Positions 20,182 through 28,914 of a DNA stretch of 59,370 nt are shown here, one piece after another. Position 1 is the first letter of the stretch. Every line of letters starts with the position of its first letter. This stretch comes from Rhizobium sp. Q54 (GTDB lineage Bacteria > Pseudomonadota > Alphaproteobacteria > Rhizobiales > Beijerinckiaceae). Made by a program: the position numbers and the translations under genes. The stretch covers positions 1-59,370 of the forward strand of contig CAMDKB010000001.1 of assembly GCA_945901195.1 (NCBI GenBank). The letters are read 5' to 3'. Below the pieces are notes generated by a model. The model did no database searches. It had not been told where the DNA came from and worked only from the letters and a program-made list of their open reading frames with translations.

Positions 20182-21774
20182 ATGGAAACTTACGATTATA
20201 TTGTCATCGGTGCGGGTTCGGCTGGCTGCACTGTCGTCACTCGGCTGATTGAGGCTGGCAAAAGCGTTTTGGCGCTGGAAGCGGGTCCGCCGGAGCGTTC
20301 GCCATTGGTCAGCATTCCCGCGATGTTTTTCAGGTTGATCGGCACCAAACGCTTCTGGATGTATCAGAGCGAGCCTGAGCCCGCCTTGAATGGCCGCCCA
20401 TTCTTCATTCCCCAGGGCAAGACTGTCGGTGGCGGCTCTTCGGTCAACGCCATGATCTATATCCGTGGTCAGGCCCAAGACTATGATGACTGGCGCGATG
20501 CCGGCTGCGCAGGCTGGGGGTATGACGACGTGCTGCCGTTCTTCATCAAGAGCGAAGCCAACGAGCGACTGGCTGGTCCATTGCATGGAACCGGTGGACC
20601 GCTGGTTGTCAGCGATTCCAAATATCGCAATCCCGTAGGTTATGCTTTTTTGCGTGCGGCGCAGGAAGCGGGAATTCCTTTCAATGACGATTTCAACGGA
20701 TCGAACCAGGAAGGCGCCGGTTTCTATCAGAACACGATTTCCGCCGCCAAACGTGGCTCAACCGCTGCGACCTATCTGGCGCGCGTTAGAGACAACAAGC
20801 TGCTGACACTGCGCACGGGAGCCCAGGTCGAAAGTCTTGTTCTGGAAAATGGCGCGGCTGCGGGCGTCAGTTATCGTGGCGCGGGAACAGAGATAATCAC
20901 CGCACGCGCCAGGGAAGAAGTCATCCTCAGCGCGGGCGCGCTCGCCAGCCCGAAAATATTGCTCCTGAACGGCATTGGCCCAGCGGCGCATCTGGCCGAA
21001 ACCGGAATTCCGGTGCGGCGTGACTTGCCGGGCGTGGGCGAGAATTTCCGCGACCATGTGGGTGCGCCCTGCTATGCGAAACTCAATGTCCCCTGGGGCT
21101 TCTGGGCACAGGACCGGGGGCTGCGCGCCATTCGGCATGGACTGGAATATGTGCTGTTCAAACGCGGCATCCTCAATTCCAATCTGATCGAAACCGGCGG
21201 CTTCATCGATACGTCTGGCTCCGGGCGTCCTGATGTGCAGTTCCATGTCATCCCGGTCTTGAGCGGCGATGTGGACAAGCCGCCGCCGCCATTCCACGGC
21301 ATGTCAGTGAACCCCTGTGTCCTCAGGCCGAAATCCCGCGGGCGCGTACGGTTGCGCTCCTCCAATGCGGGCGACCCCATTCTGCTCAACGCCAATGTGC
21401 TTGGTGAAAGCGAGGACATGGAGACGCTTGTTCGCGGCGTGAAAATGGCGCGCAGGATATTCCGCTCGCCCTCGCTGGCCAAATTGATCGAAAGCGAACT
21501 GACGCCCGGCGGGCCGGATGAAATTAGCGACACCGTCATCGAAGATCATATCCGAAAGGTCGCCAAGACTGTCTATCACCCGGCTGGCACGTGCAGAATG
21601 GGTTCTGATGATATGGCTGTCGTGGACAACCAGCTGCGTGTTCGTGGTGTGCCGAGGCTTCGTGTTGCCGATGCCTCGATCATGCCGCAGGTCATAAGTG
21701 GCAATACAAACGCGCCGTCGATCATGATCGGCGAACGCTGTGCGGATTTCGTATTGAAGGCCAATCGCGCCTGA
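20182..21774 (+). CDS. GMC family FAD oxidoreductase (choline dehydrogenase-like)
   Basis: GAGSAG, GGGSSVNAMIY.RG, YHPAGTCRMG, DASIMP..SGNTNAP. Confidence 0.93.
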   Translation: METYDYIVIGAGSAGCTVVTRLIEAGKSVLALEAGPPERSPLVSIPAMFFRLIGTKRFWMYQSEPEPALNGRPFFIPQGKTVGGGSSVNAMIYIRGQAQDYDDWRDAGCAGWGYDDVLPFFIKSEANERLAGPLHGTGGPLVVSDSKYRNPVGYAFLRAAQEAGIPFNDDFNGSNQEGAGFYQNTISAAKRGSTAATYLARVRDNKLLTLRTGAQVESLVLENGAAAGVSYRGAGTEIITARAREEVILSAGALASPKILLLNGIGPAAHLAETGIPVRRDLPGVGENFRDHVGAPCYAKLNVPWGFWAQDRGLRAIRHGLEYVLFKRGILNSNLIETGGFIDTSGSGRPDVQFHVIPVLSGDVDKPPPPFHGMSVNPCVLRPKSRGRVRLRSSNAGDPILLNANVLGESEDMETLVRGVKMARRIFRSPSLAKLIESELTPGGPDEISDTVIEDHIRKVAKTVYHPAGTCRMGSDDMAVVDNQLRVRGVPRLRVADASIMPQVISGNTNAPSIMIGERCADFVLKANRA

Positions 21775-21793
21775 CCAAGGATGGGAGGATATC

Positions 21794-24121
21794 ATGGGTG
21801 AATATGCACTGGGACAGCCGGTCACACGATTTGAAGATCCAAGATTGCTTCGCGGCGGTGGACGCTATGTCGACGATCTCGCACTGCCGAATATGGCGTG
21901 GGGCGTTGTGCTGCGCGCCAAACACGCTCATGCGAAAATTTTGAAGCTAGATACATCGGCTGCAAAGGCTGCACCCGGGGTTTTGGCTGTTCTGACCTGG
22001 CAAGACTGGAATGCTTCGGGCTATGACGATTTGCCCCGGCCCACAGGAAAGAAGAAGCGCGACGGCGCTCCCATGTATCGTCCTGGACTACCAGGCATGA
22101 CACGGGATCGTGTGCGCTGGATCGGTGATTATGTTGCGTTCGTTGTCGCGGAAACCAAGCACCAGGCGCTGGACGCTCTTGAACTGATTGATGTCGAATA
22201 CGAGCCCTTGCCAGCAGTTCTTACGGCGCTCGATGCGCTGAAGCCGGGCGCACCTGTGGTTCACGCCGATAATCCGGACAACATCTGCTATGTCCATATT
22301 GAAGGCGACAAGGAAAAGACGGACGCTGCATTCGAAGTCGCCGATCACGTTGTCAAGCAGACGTTCAACATCACCCGGGTCATGGCCGCGACGATGGAGC
22401 CGCGTGGCTCCATCGGGGTTTATGACAAGGCTGCTGATCGCTACACGGTCTACACTACATTGCAGCGGGCGCTGGACTTTCGTGAGAAGCTCGCAGAAAC
22501 GCTGCGCATTCCCGAAACCAAATTGCGCGTCGTTGCCGGTGACATCGGCGGCAGTTTCGGCATGAAATCGGGTGTGTTTAACGAAGTCGGTCTTGTATTG
22601 CTTGCGGCCAAAATCATCGGGCGTCCGGTGAAATGGACGGCGACAAGAAGTGAGTCATTTCTGTCCGATGCGGCTGCGCGCGACAATGTAACCGAGGCGC
22701 ATTTGGCGCTCGACAAGAACGGCAAGTTTCTGGGTATGCGGATCAGGACAATTGCCAATCTCGGTGCCTATGTACAGCCGGGCTCGGAAGGTGGACCGAT
22801 CAGCAATCTGGGCACGCTGGCTGGTGTCTATACATTTGGTGGCATTCACATTGATGTGACGGCAGCCTTCACGCACACGCACTGGATGCGGCCCTATCGT
22901 GGTAACGGGAGGCCTGAAGCGGCTTATGTGCTGGAACGTCTGGTGGACTGCGCCGCGCGGGAACTCAAGATGGATCCGGTGGAGCTGCGCCGGCGCAATC
23001 TGATTTCGCCTTCGATGCTGCCGTATATGTCAGCGCTGAATTTTCTGTATGACAGCGGCGAATTTGAAAGGAACATGGATATCTGCCTCGAAATGGCGGA
23101 CTGGAAAGGCTTTGAGGCCCGCCGTGCAGAAGCGCGCCAGCGCGGAAAGTTCCGTGGGATCGGTATTTCAAATTCCATCGAAAAGGCTGCATCGCCGGGC
23201 ATAGAGGGCGCTGAAATTCGGTTTGACCGGACAGGCAGCATGACCTTGATTTCAGGCTCCGTGTCGCATGGGCAGGGCCATGAGACCGTATTTAAGCAAC
23301 TGGTTTGCGACAAGCTCGGGGTTGACCCCAAAGACGTTCACTACGAGCAGGGCGATACGGATATCGTATTTTACGGCGAAGGCACGGGTGGTTCGCGGAC
23401 ATCGGCCATCGGCGGCGGCGCCATGGTGATGGCTGCGGACAAGATCATCGTGAAGGCCAAGCGGATAGCAGCCCATGCGTTGCAAAGTGCGCCTGAAGAT
23501 GTTGAATATGGCGAAGGCGTATTCAAAGCCACAAAAACCGGCGGCAGTATCAGTATGAAGGAAGTCGTGCTCATGGCTTCAAGGCCGAACCAATTGCCTG
23601 ATGGTGAGGAGCCGGGCCTGAATTCCAGCGCTGTCTATAACAACAAGGCAGCAAATTATCCCAACGGCTGCCATATCGTCGAACTGGAAATCGATGAAGA
23701 CACAGGCGAAACTGAAATCGTCAATTACTGTGTGGTTGATGATGTGGGCAACGTCATGAATCCTTTGTTGCTGAAAGGCCAGATTGTGGGAGGCATCTCG
23801 CAAGGCGTTGGCCAAATGATGATGGAAGAACTGCGTTATGATCCGCAGACCGGAGACTTACAGACCGGGTCCTTCATGGATTACACGATGCCGCACGCCA
23901 AGGATTTTTCCTACGTGCATATCCAGAGCAACCCCGTGCCGACTAATACGAATCCGCTTGGCGTCAAGGGAGCAGGCGAGGCTGGCTGCGTCGGCGCTTT
24001 GCCGGCCGTCGCCAACGCGCTCGTTGACGCACTTTCGCCTTTCAATATTCGCGACGTGCAAATGCCTGCAACGCCACAACGTCTTTGGGAAATCATCCAG
24101 AATGCCAAGAAGAAACATTGA
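21794..24121 (+). CDS. Xanthine dehydrogenase family molybdopterin-binding large subunit (CoxL-like)
   Basis: EDPRLLRG, GGSFGMK, PYRGNGRPEA, GQGHET, GVKGAGEAG. Confidence 0.92.
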   Translation: MGEYALGQPVTRFEDPRLLRGGGRYVDDLALPNMAWGVVLRAKHAHAKILKLDTSAAKAAPGVLAVLTWQDWNASGYDDLPRPTGKKKRDGAPMYRPGLPGMTRDRVRWIGDYVAFVVAETKHQALDALELIDVEYEPLPAVLTALDALKPGAPVVHADNPDNICYVHIEGDKEKTDAAFEVADHVVKQTFNITRVMAATMEPRGSIGVYDKAADRYTVYTTLQRALDFREKLAETLRIPETKLRVVAGDIGGSFGMKSGVFNEVGLVLLAAKIIGRPVKWTATRSESFLSDAAARDNVTEAHLALDKNGKFLGMRIRTIANLGAYVQPGSEGGPISNLGTLAGVYTFGGIHIDVTAAFTHTHWMRPYRGNGRPEAAYVLERLVDCAARELKMDPVELRRRNLISPSMLPYMSALNFLYDSGEFERNMDICLEMADWKGFEARRAEARQRGKFRGIGISNSIEKAASPGIEGAEIRFDRTGSMTLISGSVSHGQGHETVFKQLVCDKLGVDPKDVHYEQGDTDIVFYGEGTGGSRTSAIGGGAMVMAADKIIVKAKRIAAHALQSAPEDVEYGEGVFKATKTGGSISMKEVVLMASRPNQLPDGEEPGLNSSAVYNNKAANYPNGCHIVELEIDEDTGETEIVNYCVVDDVGNVMNPLLLKGQIVGGISQGVGQMMMEELRYDPQTGDLQTGSFMDYTMPHAKDFSYVHIQSNPVPTNTNPLGVKGAGEAGCVGALPAVANALVDALSPFNIRDVQMPATPQRLWEIIQNAKKKH

Positions 24122-24132
24122 GGGAGAGCGAC

Positions 24133-25113
24133 GTGGCTGATTTGAAACTGAAGTTTGCATGCGGAGCTTATGATCGCATCGAACCGTTGCGCCTGAAACA
24201 AGTTGTCGCCAAGGGGATCGATCTGGAAGTAGATTCGAGCTATTCGCCGCGCGTTTTGTTTGACCGGGTCATGGCGACTGATGAATATGATCTGGCTGAA
24301 TTTTCGTCGTCTGAACATATTGCGATGACGCTGTTGGGTAACAATCCGTTCGTTGCGTTGCCAGTCTTTCCATCAAAAGTGTTTCGCCACAGTTTCATAA
24401 CGATCAACAAGAACAAGGGAATCAATTCTCCTAAAGATCTTGCTGGCAAACGGATCGGGGTGCCGCTTTATACGATGAGCGCGGCGCTGTGGTGCCGGGG
24501 CGTGCTGGAAGATGATTATGGCGTGGATCTGTCCGACGTGACCTGGGTGCAGGGCGCTGTCGAAAAGCCAGGTTCGCATGGCAATCCAAATCCGCCGCCG
24601 TTGCTGAAGCCGGTAAAAATCGAGCAGAACAAGACCCAGTATTCGCTGGGTCAATTGCTGGCGCGAGGCGAGATTGATTCAATTATTGGCGGCGTCAATC
24701 CGGCAGAGCTCTACACCGATCCCAATGTCGTGCGCCTGTGGCCAAATTTTCGTCAAGTGGAACGCGAGTTCTTTCAACGCACGAAAATTCATCCCATCAT
24801 GCATCTGCTGGCTATTCGCAAGAGCGTATACGAAAAAAATCCGTGGATCGCACAGCCTCTCTATGACGCTTTCAATGCGTCGAAAAATCTCGCCTGGGAG
24901 CAAGCCTGCTATACAGGGGCGCAAAAATACATGCTTCCCTTTCTTTACGACGACATAGATGAAATAGCCAAAGTCTTTGGTGGCGATCCCTGGCCTTACG
25001 GGCTTGAGAAAAACCGGCCTGCACTCGAGAAAGCCATCGAACTGATGTACCGCCATCACATGATTGCAAGCAAGCCTTCGCTGAAGGATTTGTTCATTGA
25101 AGTAAAGGAGTAG
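24133..25113 (+). CDS. 4,5-dihydroxyphthalate decarboxylase-like protein (PBP fold)
   Basis: ACGAYDR, ALPVFPS..FRHS, HPIMH, DPWPYG; no signal peptide; GTG start with GGGAG RBS. Confidence 0.75.
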   Translation: MADLKLKFACGAYDRIEPLRLKQVVAKGIDLEVDSSYSPRVLFDRVMATDEYDLAEFSSSEHIAMTLLGNNPFVALPVFPSKVFRHSFITINKNKGINSPKDLAGKRIGVPLYTMSAALWCRGVLEDDYGVDLSDVTWVQGAVEKPGSHGNPNPPPLLKPVKIEQNKTQYSLGQLLARGEIDSIIGGVNPAELYTDPNVVRLWPNFRQVEREFFQRTKIHPIMHLLAIRKSVYEKNPWIAQPLYDAFNASKNLAWEQACYTGAQKYMLPFLYDDIDEIAKVFGGDPWPYGLEKNRPALEKAIELMYRHHMIASKPSLKDLFIEVKE

Positions 25114-25117
25114 AGCC

Positions 25118-25858
25118 ATGAGTGTAGACGCCATTACACGGGTCAAGCGCGACGTCGTTATCGCCAACCGCATTTTGGGACAGCAAGGCGTTCTGGATGC
25201 ATATGGGCATGTCAGTATGCGGCATCCGCACGATCCCAACAAATATCTCCTGTCACGCTCGCTTAGTCCCGCACTAGTCGAGGAGAGCGATATTATCGAA
25301 TATAATCTTGATGGCACGCCCGCTGATGGCGACACGCGCTCACCTTATCTCGAACGCTTCATTCATGGTGGCGTGTACGAGAAGCGCGCCGATGTGCATG
25401 CCGTTTTGCATTCACATGCTGAGGACCTGTTGCCGTTTTCGATTTCTAAAAAAGTACGTCTACGGCCGGTTATTCATGCTGTCGGCGATATGGGGCATGA
25501 TGTACCCGTGTGGGATATTGCCGACAAATTCGGAGAAGAGACGACGCTTCTGGTCACGAACATGGATCACAGCCGTGATCTTGCGAAATGCCTCGATTGC
25601 AATCGCCTGGCTCTTATGCGCGGCCATGGCTTTGTTTGCGCGGGACGCTCGATCAATGATCTGGTTCGCCTCGCTGTCTACATTCCACGCAATGCACGCG
25701 TTTTGATGAACGCGATGCGACTGGGCGAATATATTGCGCTGTCGCGTGGAGAGATCGAGGCTCGGCTCAAGCTTGATACCGAAACTGTGGCGATGAAGCG
25801 CGGTTGGGAGTTCTGGGCGCGTGAAGCCGGGGTTGGTCATCTTCTTGGCGACATGTAA
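25118..25858 (+). CDS. Class II aldolase/adducin family protein (resembles pyridine-dicarboxylate decarboxylase subfamily)
   Basis: GHVS, YLERFIH, HSH and MRGHG metal motifs; C-terminal RGWEFW. Confidence 0.85.
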   Translation: MSVDAITRVKRDVVIANRILGQQGVLDAYGHVSMRHPHDPNKYLLSRSLSPALVEESDIIEYNLDGTPADGDTRSPYLERFIHGGVYEKRADVHAVLHSHAEDLLPFSISKKVRLRPVIHAVGDMGHDVPVWDIADKFGEETTLLVTNMDHSRDLAKCLDCNRLALMRGHGFVCAGRSINDLVRLAVYIPRNARVLMNAMRLGEYIALSRGEIEARLKLDTETVAMKRGWEFWAREAGVGHLLGDM

Positions 25859-25882
25859 TCTCGTTGTGAGGGAGCACTGCCG

Positions 25883-26911
25883 ATGAAGAGTGTAAGGCGT
25901 TTGCCGTGGATTGCGACAATTGCTTTTGGCTGCGCCTGTGGGCCGGCTTTGGCTCAGCCGGTGGCGGAGTTTTACCGCGGCAAGACCGTAAGCGTGGTTG
26001 TCGGATTTCCGCCGGGCGGGGGGTATGACGCCAATTCGCGTGTACTTGCGCGTTTCATGGGGAAATTCATTCCCGGTAATCCCTCTGTGGTGGCGTCAAA
26101 TATGCCGGGGGCGGGGTCACTCGTGGCTGCCAATCACATGTACAATGCTGCGCCAAAGGATGGCACCGCTTTCGTCATTATTGCATCTTCTGTCGCGGTG
26201 GAGCCTTTTCTCAATAATGACAAGGCTCGGTTTGACCCGTTGAAATTCGGCTGGCTCGGGTCAATGTCGCAGGAAGCGTCGTATTGCGGTGTTTGGCGCA
26301 GGCTGGGCAACGCGACATCCTGGGGCGAAGTGATGGAGAAGGAAACTGTGTTTGGGGGTGGTGCGCCGTCGGCGATCACATCTCAACATCCGCAGATTCT
26401 CGCCAATGTGCTTGGAGCAAAGATCAAGGTCATCAACGGTTATCAAGGTTCTCGCGATATCAATCTAGCGATGCAGCGCGGTGAGGTTGCCGGCAGTTGC
26501 GGCATGTTTTCATCGTCGATCAAGACATCGTGGAATCGCGAAGTCTCCTCAGGCGCTCTGAAACTTGTCATGCAGGTCGGTCCAAAGAAATCGCTGGAAT
26601 ATGGCGACGTTCCGCATGCCTTCGATTATGCGAAGTCCGAGGAAGATCGAGGTGTACTTGATTTTCATTTTGGACAATTGCTGTTGTCGCGCCCTTATGC
26701 AGCGCCACCTGGCATTCCCGAAGAACGCCTTAATGCTCTTCGGGACGCCTTTGTTGCAACCTTGAAGGATCCAGACTTTCTGGCGGAAGCCAACAGGGCC
26801 GGTCTTGATATCGACCCGGTTCCCGCAGCGGATATTGTCGCGTTGCTGACAAAGTTCTCGAAATTTCCCCGCAACATTCTCGAACGGGCGAAGTCTGTGA
26901 TCGAACGTTAG
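25883..26911 (+). CDS. Bug/TctC tripartite tricarboxylate transporter receptor
   Basis: Signal peptide, FYRGKTV, PGGGYD, NMPGAG, PKDG. Confidence 0.88.
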   Translation: MKSVRRLPWIATIAFGCACGPALAQPVAEFYRGKTVSVVVGFPPGGGYDANSRVLARFMGKFIPGNPSVVASNMPGAGSLVAANHMYNAAPKDGTAFVIIASSVAVEPFLNNDKARFDPLKFGWLGSMSQEASYCGVWRRLGNATSWGEVMEKETVFGGGAPSAITSQHPQILANVLGAKIKVINGYQGSRDINLAMQRGEVAGSCGMFSSSIKTSWNREVSSGALKLVMQVGPKKSLEYGDVPHAFDYAKSEEDRGVLDFHFGQLLLSRPYAAPPGIPEERLNALRDAFVATLKDPDFLAEANRAGLDIDPVPAADIVALLTKFSKFPRNILERAKSVIER

Positions 26912-27783
26912 ACGGGAATATCGCCGCATACGGCCGTGCGCTCCATGCGGCGGCGATCGGGATAATAATCGTTCGCCGCATAATGTTGCGTCGACATATT
27001 GTCCCACATGATCAGCGTGCCTTCGGTCCAGCGCAGCCGGAACTGATACTCGGGTGTATGGACCGGCTCGTAGAGGACCTTTAGTACAGCGTCGCTTTCG
27101 TCTTCGTTGAGCCCGTCGATCCGCAACGTGAATTGTGGGTTTACATACACGCACCTGCGTCCACTGATGGGGTGTGTGCGCACCAGGGGATGCAAAGGGT
27201 TGGGATAGAGTTCTTCCATCTTGCGTAGGCGTTCCTGATCTTCCGGCGTTTTCTTGAAAAGCACGCGGAAATTCTTGAAGTCATGCCAGACCTTCAGGGG
27301 GTCAATAAAGGCGCGGAATGGTGCGCTAAGGCTTTGGTAGACCTGCTCCATATCGCACCAAAGCGTATCACCGCCGAGCTTGGGCAAGATCTGGTTTCGC
27401 AATATGGTGTATTTTGTTGGCTTGATGCGGAATGTTGTATCGGAGTGCCACACGTCGGTGGAGAGGACTGGATTGTCCTTGTGGTTGTCGAGCACGAGGA
27501 TTTCAGGGAACTCACCCTGCGGCCTGAACGGATGCACTTCCAGCTCGCCGAACATGCGGCTGATTTCCACATGCTGTTTCGTGTTGATATGCTGATCTCG
27601 CAACACGATGATCTTGTGTTCGGTGAGGGCAGCCAACAGATTTTCATAGGTCGCTTGATTCAGTCCCTGCTTGAGATCGAGCCCGTGAATCTCTGCGCCC
27701 AGATGCCGGCCCACGCGTTCAGTTTCGAACGGAACGGCCTTGTCAGTCTGGACGATAGCGGGCGAGGCGACATTTACATTCAT
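26908..27783 (-). CDS. TauD/TfdA family Fe(II)/2-oxoglutarate dioxygenase
   Basis: WHSDTTF (HxD), GGDTLW, HPLVRTHP, WDN..TQHYA, RRMER. Confidence 0.92.
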   Translation of the reverse strand: MNVNVASPAIVQTDKAVPFETERVGRHLGAEIHGLDLKQGLNQATYENLLAALTEHKIIVLRDQHINTKQHVEISRMFGELEVHPFRPQGEFPEILVLDNHKDNPVLSTDVWHSDTTFRIKPTKYTILRNQILPKLGGDTLWCDMEQVYQSLSAPFRAFIDPLKVWHDFKNFRVLFKKTPEDQERLRKMEELYPNPLHPLVRTHPISGRRCVYVNPQFTLRIDGLNEDESDAVLKVLYEPVHTPEYQFRLRWTEGTLIMWDNMSTQHYAANDYYPDRRRMERTAVCGDIPV

Positions 27784-27801
27784 GGAAACCTCCGGCGCGA
27801 C

Positions 27802-28824
27802 TTATTCAGCTGCGATGGCCAGTGATTGAACGCGTGGCATGATTTCTTCGGCGAAGATCCGCACGGTCTCCACCTTCTGCGGCATGGTCATGATGATGTA
27901 TTCGAAACCAATGTCCTTGAGCACATTGATCTGCTGGATGATGCGCGCGGGATCACCGATGAGCGCTCCCGATTCATCTTCAAATATGGCGTCGCTGTAA
28001 CTCTCCGGTTTGGGGGACTTGCCCTCCTGTCCCGGCAGATTGCCGAAATTCGACACGAATTTCGCCAGCCCTTCCTTGCGTGTTTTTAGCGCTGTCTCAT
28101 ATTCCTGCTGCGTGCGCGTGATGAAAATGCCCCGCGCAACGGTCACCTGCATGGGATCGTATTGACGGCCGCATTCGGCGCAGGCTTCCTTCCAAATATC
28201 GAGGCGTTCTTTGGTCCGCGCTATATTGGCGAACTGGTCGAACATGACGTTATGCCCGGATTTGGCGACGGCGCGGATACTGTCGTCTGACCCAGCGGCA
28301 ATCCAGATGGGCGGATGTGGCTTTTGCACGGTCGGCGGCTCGACGATGATATTTTCGAATTGCCAATATTTGCCATGATGGGAAAAGCGTTGATCCGAAG
28401 TGAACGCCTTGAGGATGACCGACAATGATTCCTGATAGCGCTCGTCGGCTTCCTCTTTGGGGATTGTGAAACCCTCGAACTCATTGTCGCGATATCCCTT
28501 GCCGACACCGAAGTCGAGGCGGCCGCCAGAGAGCAGATCAACGGTTGCCGCCTGCTCCGCCACCAGAACGGGATTGTGCCAGGGAAGGACCGTGACCGCT
28601 GTGCCGAGGCGTATGTTCCTGGTCCTGGCCGCCAGATAGCTCAACATGTTCAGCGTGGCTGAAACCTGACCGATGCCAGTGAAGTGATGTTCCACCATGA
28701 ATATGCCGTGATAGCCGAGCCGGTCGGCCTCGGTCACGATATCAATGACGCGGTTGTAATCGCTTGTGTCGGCATTGTCGCCGCCACGCTTGGAATTGGC
28801 GCCGCCGAAAAAACCGAACTTCAT
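27802..28824 (-). CDS. LLM-class flavin-dependent monooxygenase
   Basis: EHHF, RLGTAV.VLPWHNP, DLLSGGRLDFGVGKGY, PHPPIW. Confidence 0.92.
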   Translation of the reverse strand: MKFGFFGGANSKRGGDNADTSDYNRVIDIVTEADRLGYHGIFMVEHHFTGIGQVSATLNMLSYLAARTRNIRLGTAVTVLPWHNPVLVAEQAATVDLLSGGRLDFGVGKGYRDNEFEGFTIPKEEADERYQESLSVILKAFTSDQRFSHHGKYWQFENIIVEPPTVQKPHPPIWIAAGSDDSIRAVAKSGHNVMFDQFANIARTKERLDIWKEACAECGRQYDPMQVTVARGIFITRTQQEYETALKTRKEGLAKFVSNFGNLPGQEGKSPKPESYSDAIFEDESGALIGDPARIIQQINVLKDIGFEYIIMTMPQKVETVRIFAEEIMPRVQSLAIAAE

Positions 28825-28914
28825 CTTTCACTCCCGGTCGCGCCCGCACGCCATCCTTTTGGGAGACATCGCGGAAAATCCTTCAACTGGCAAGTTATAG
28901 GCCGAGAGGGCCGG

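Noticed and set aside
20062-20586. N-terminal extension of the TerB ORF
   Set aside because: Antisense to the GMC gene; TerB similarity begins at 20061
22892-22912. True aerobic CO dehydrogenase
   Set aside because: Lacks the AYRCSFR Cu-binding Cys motif; no coxM/coxS/accessory genes
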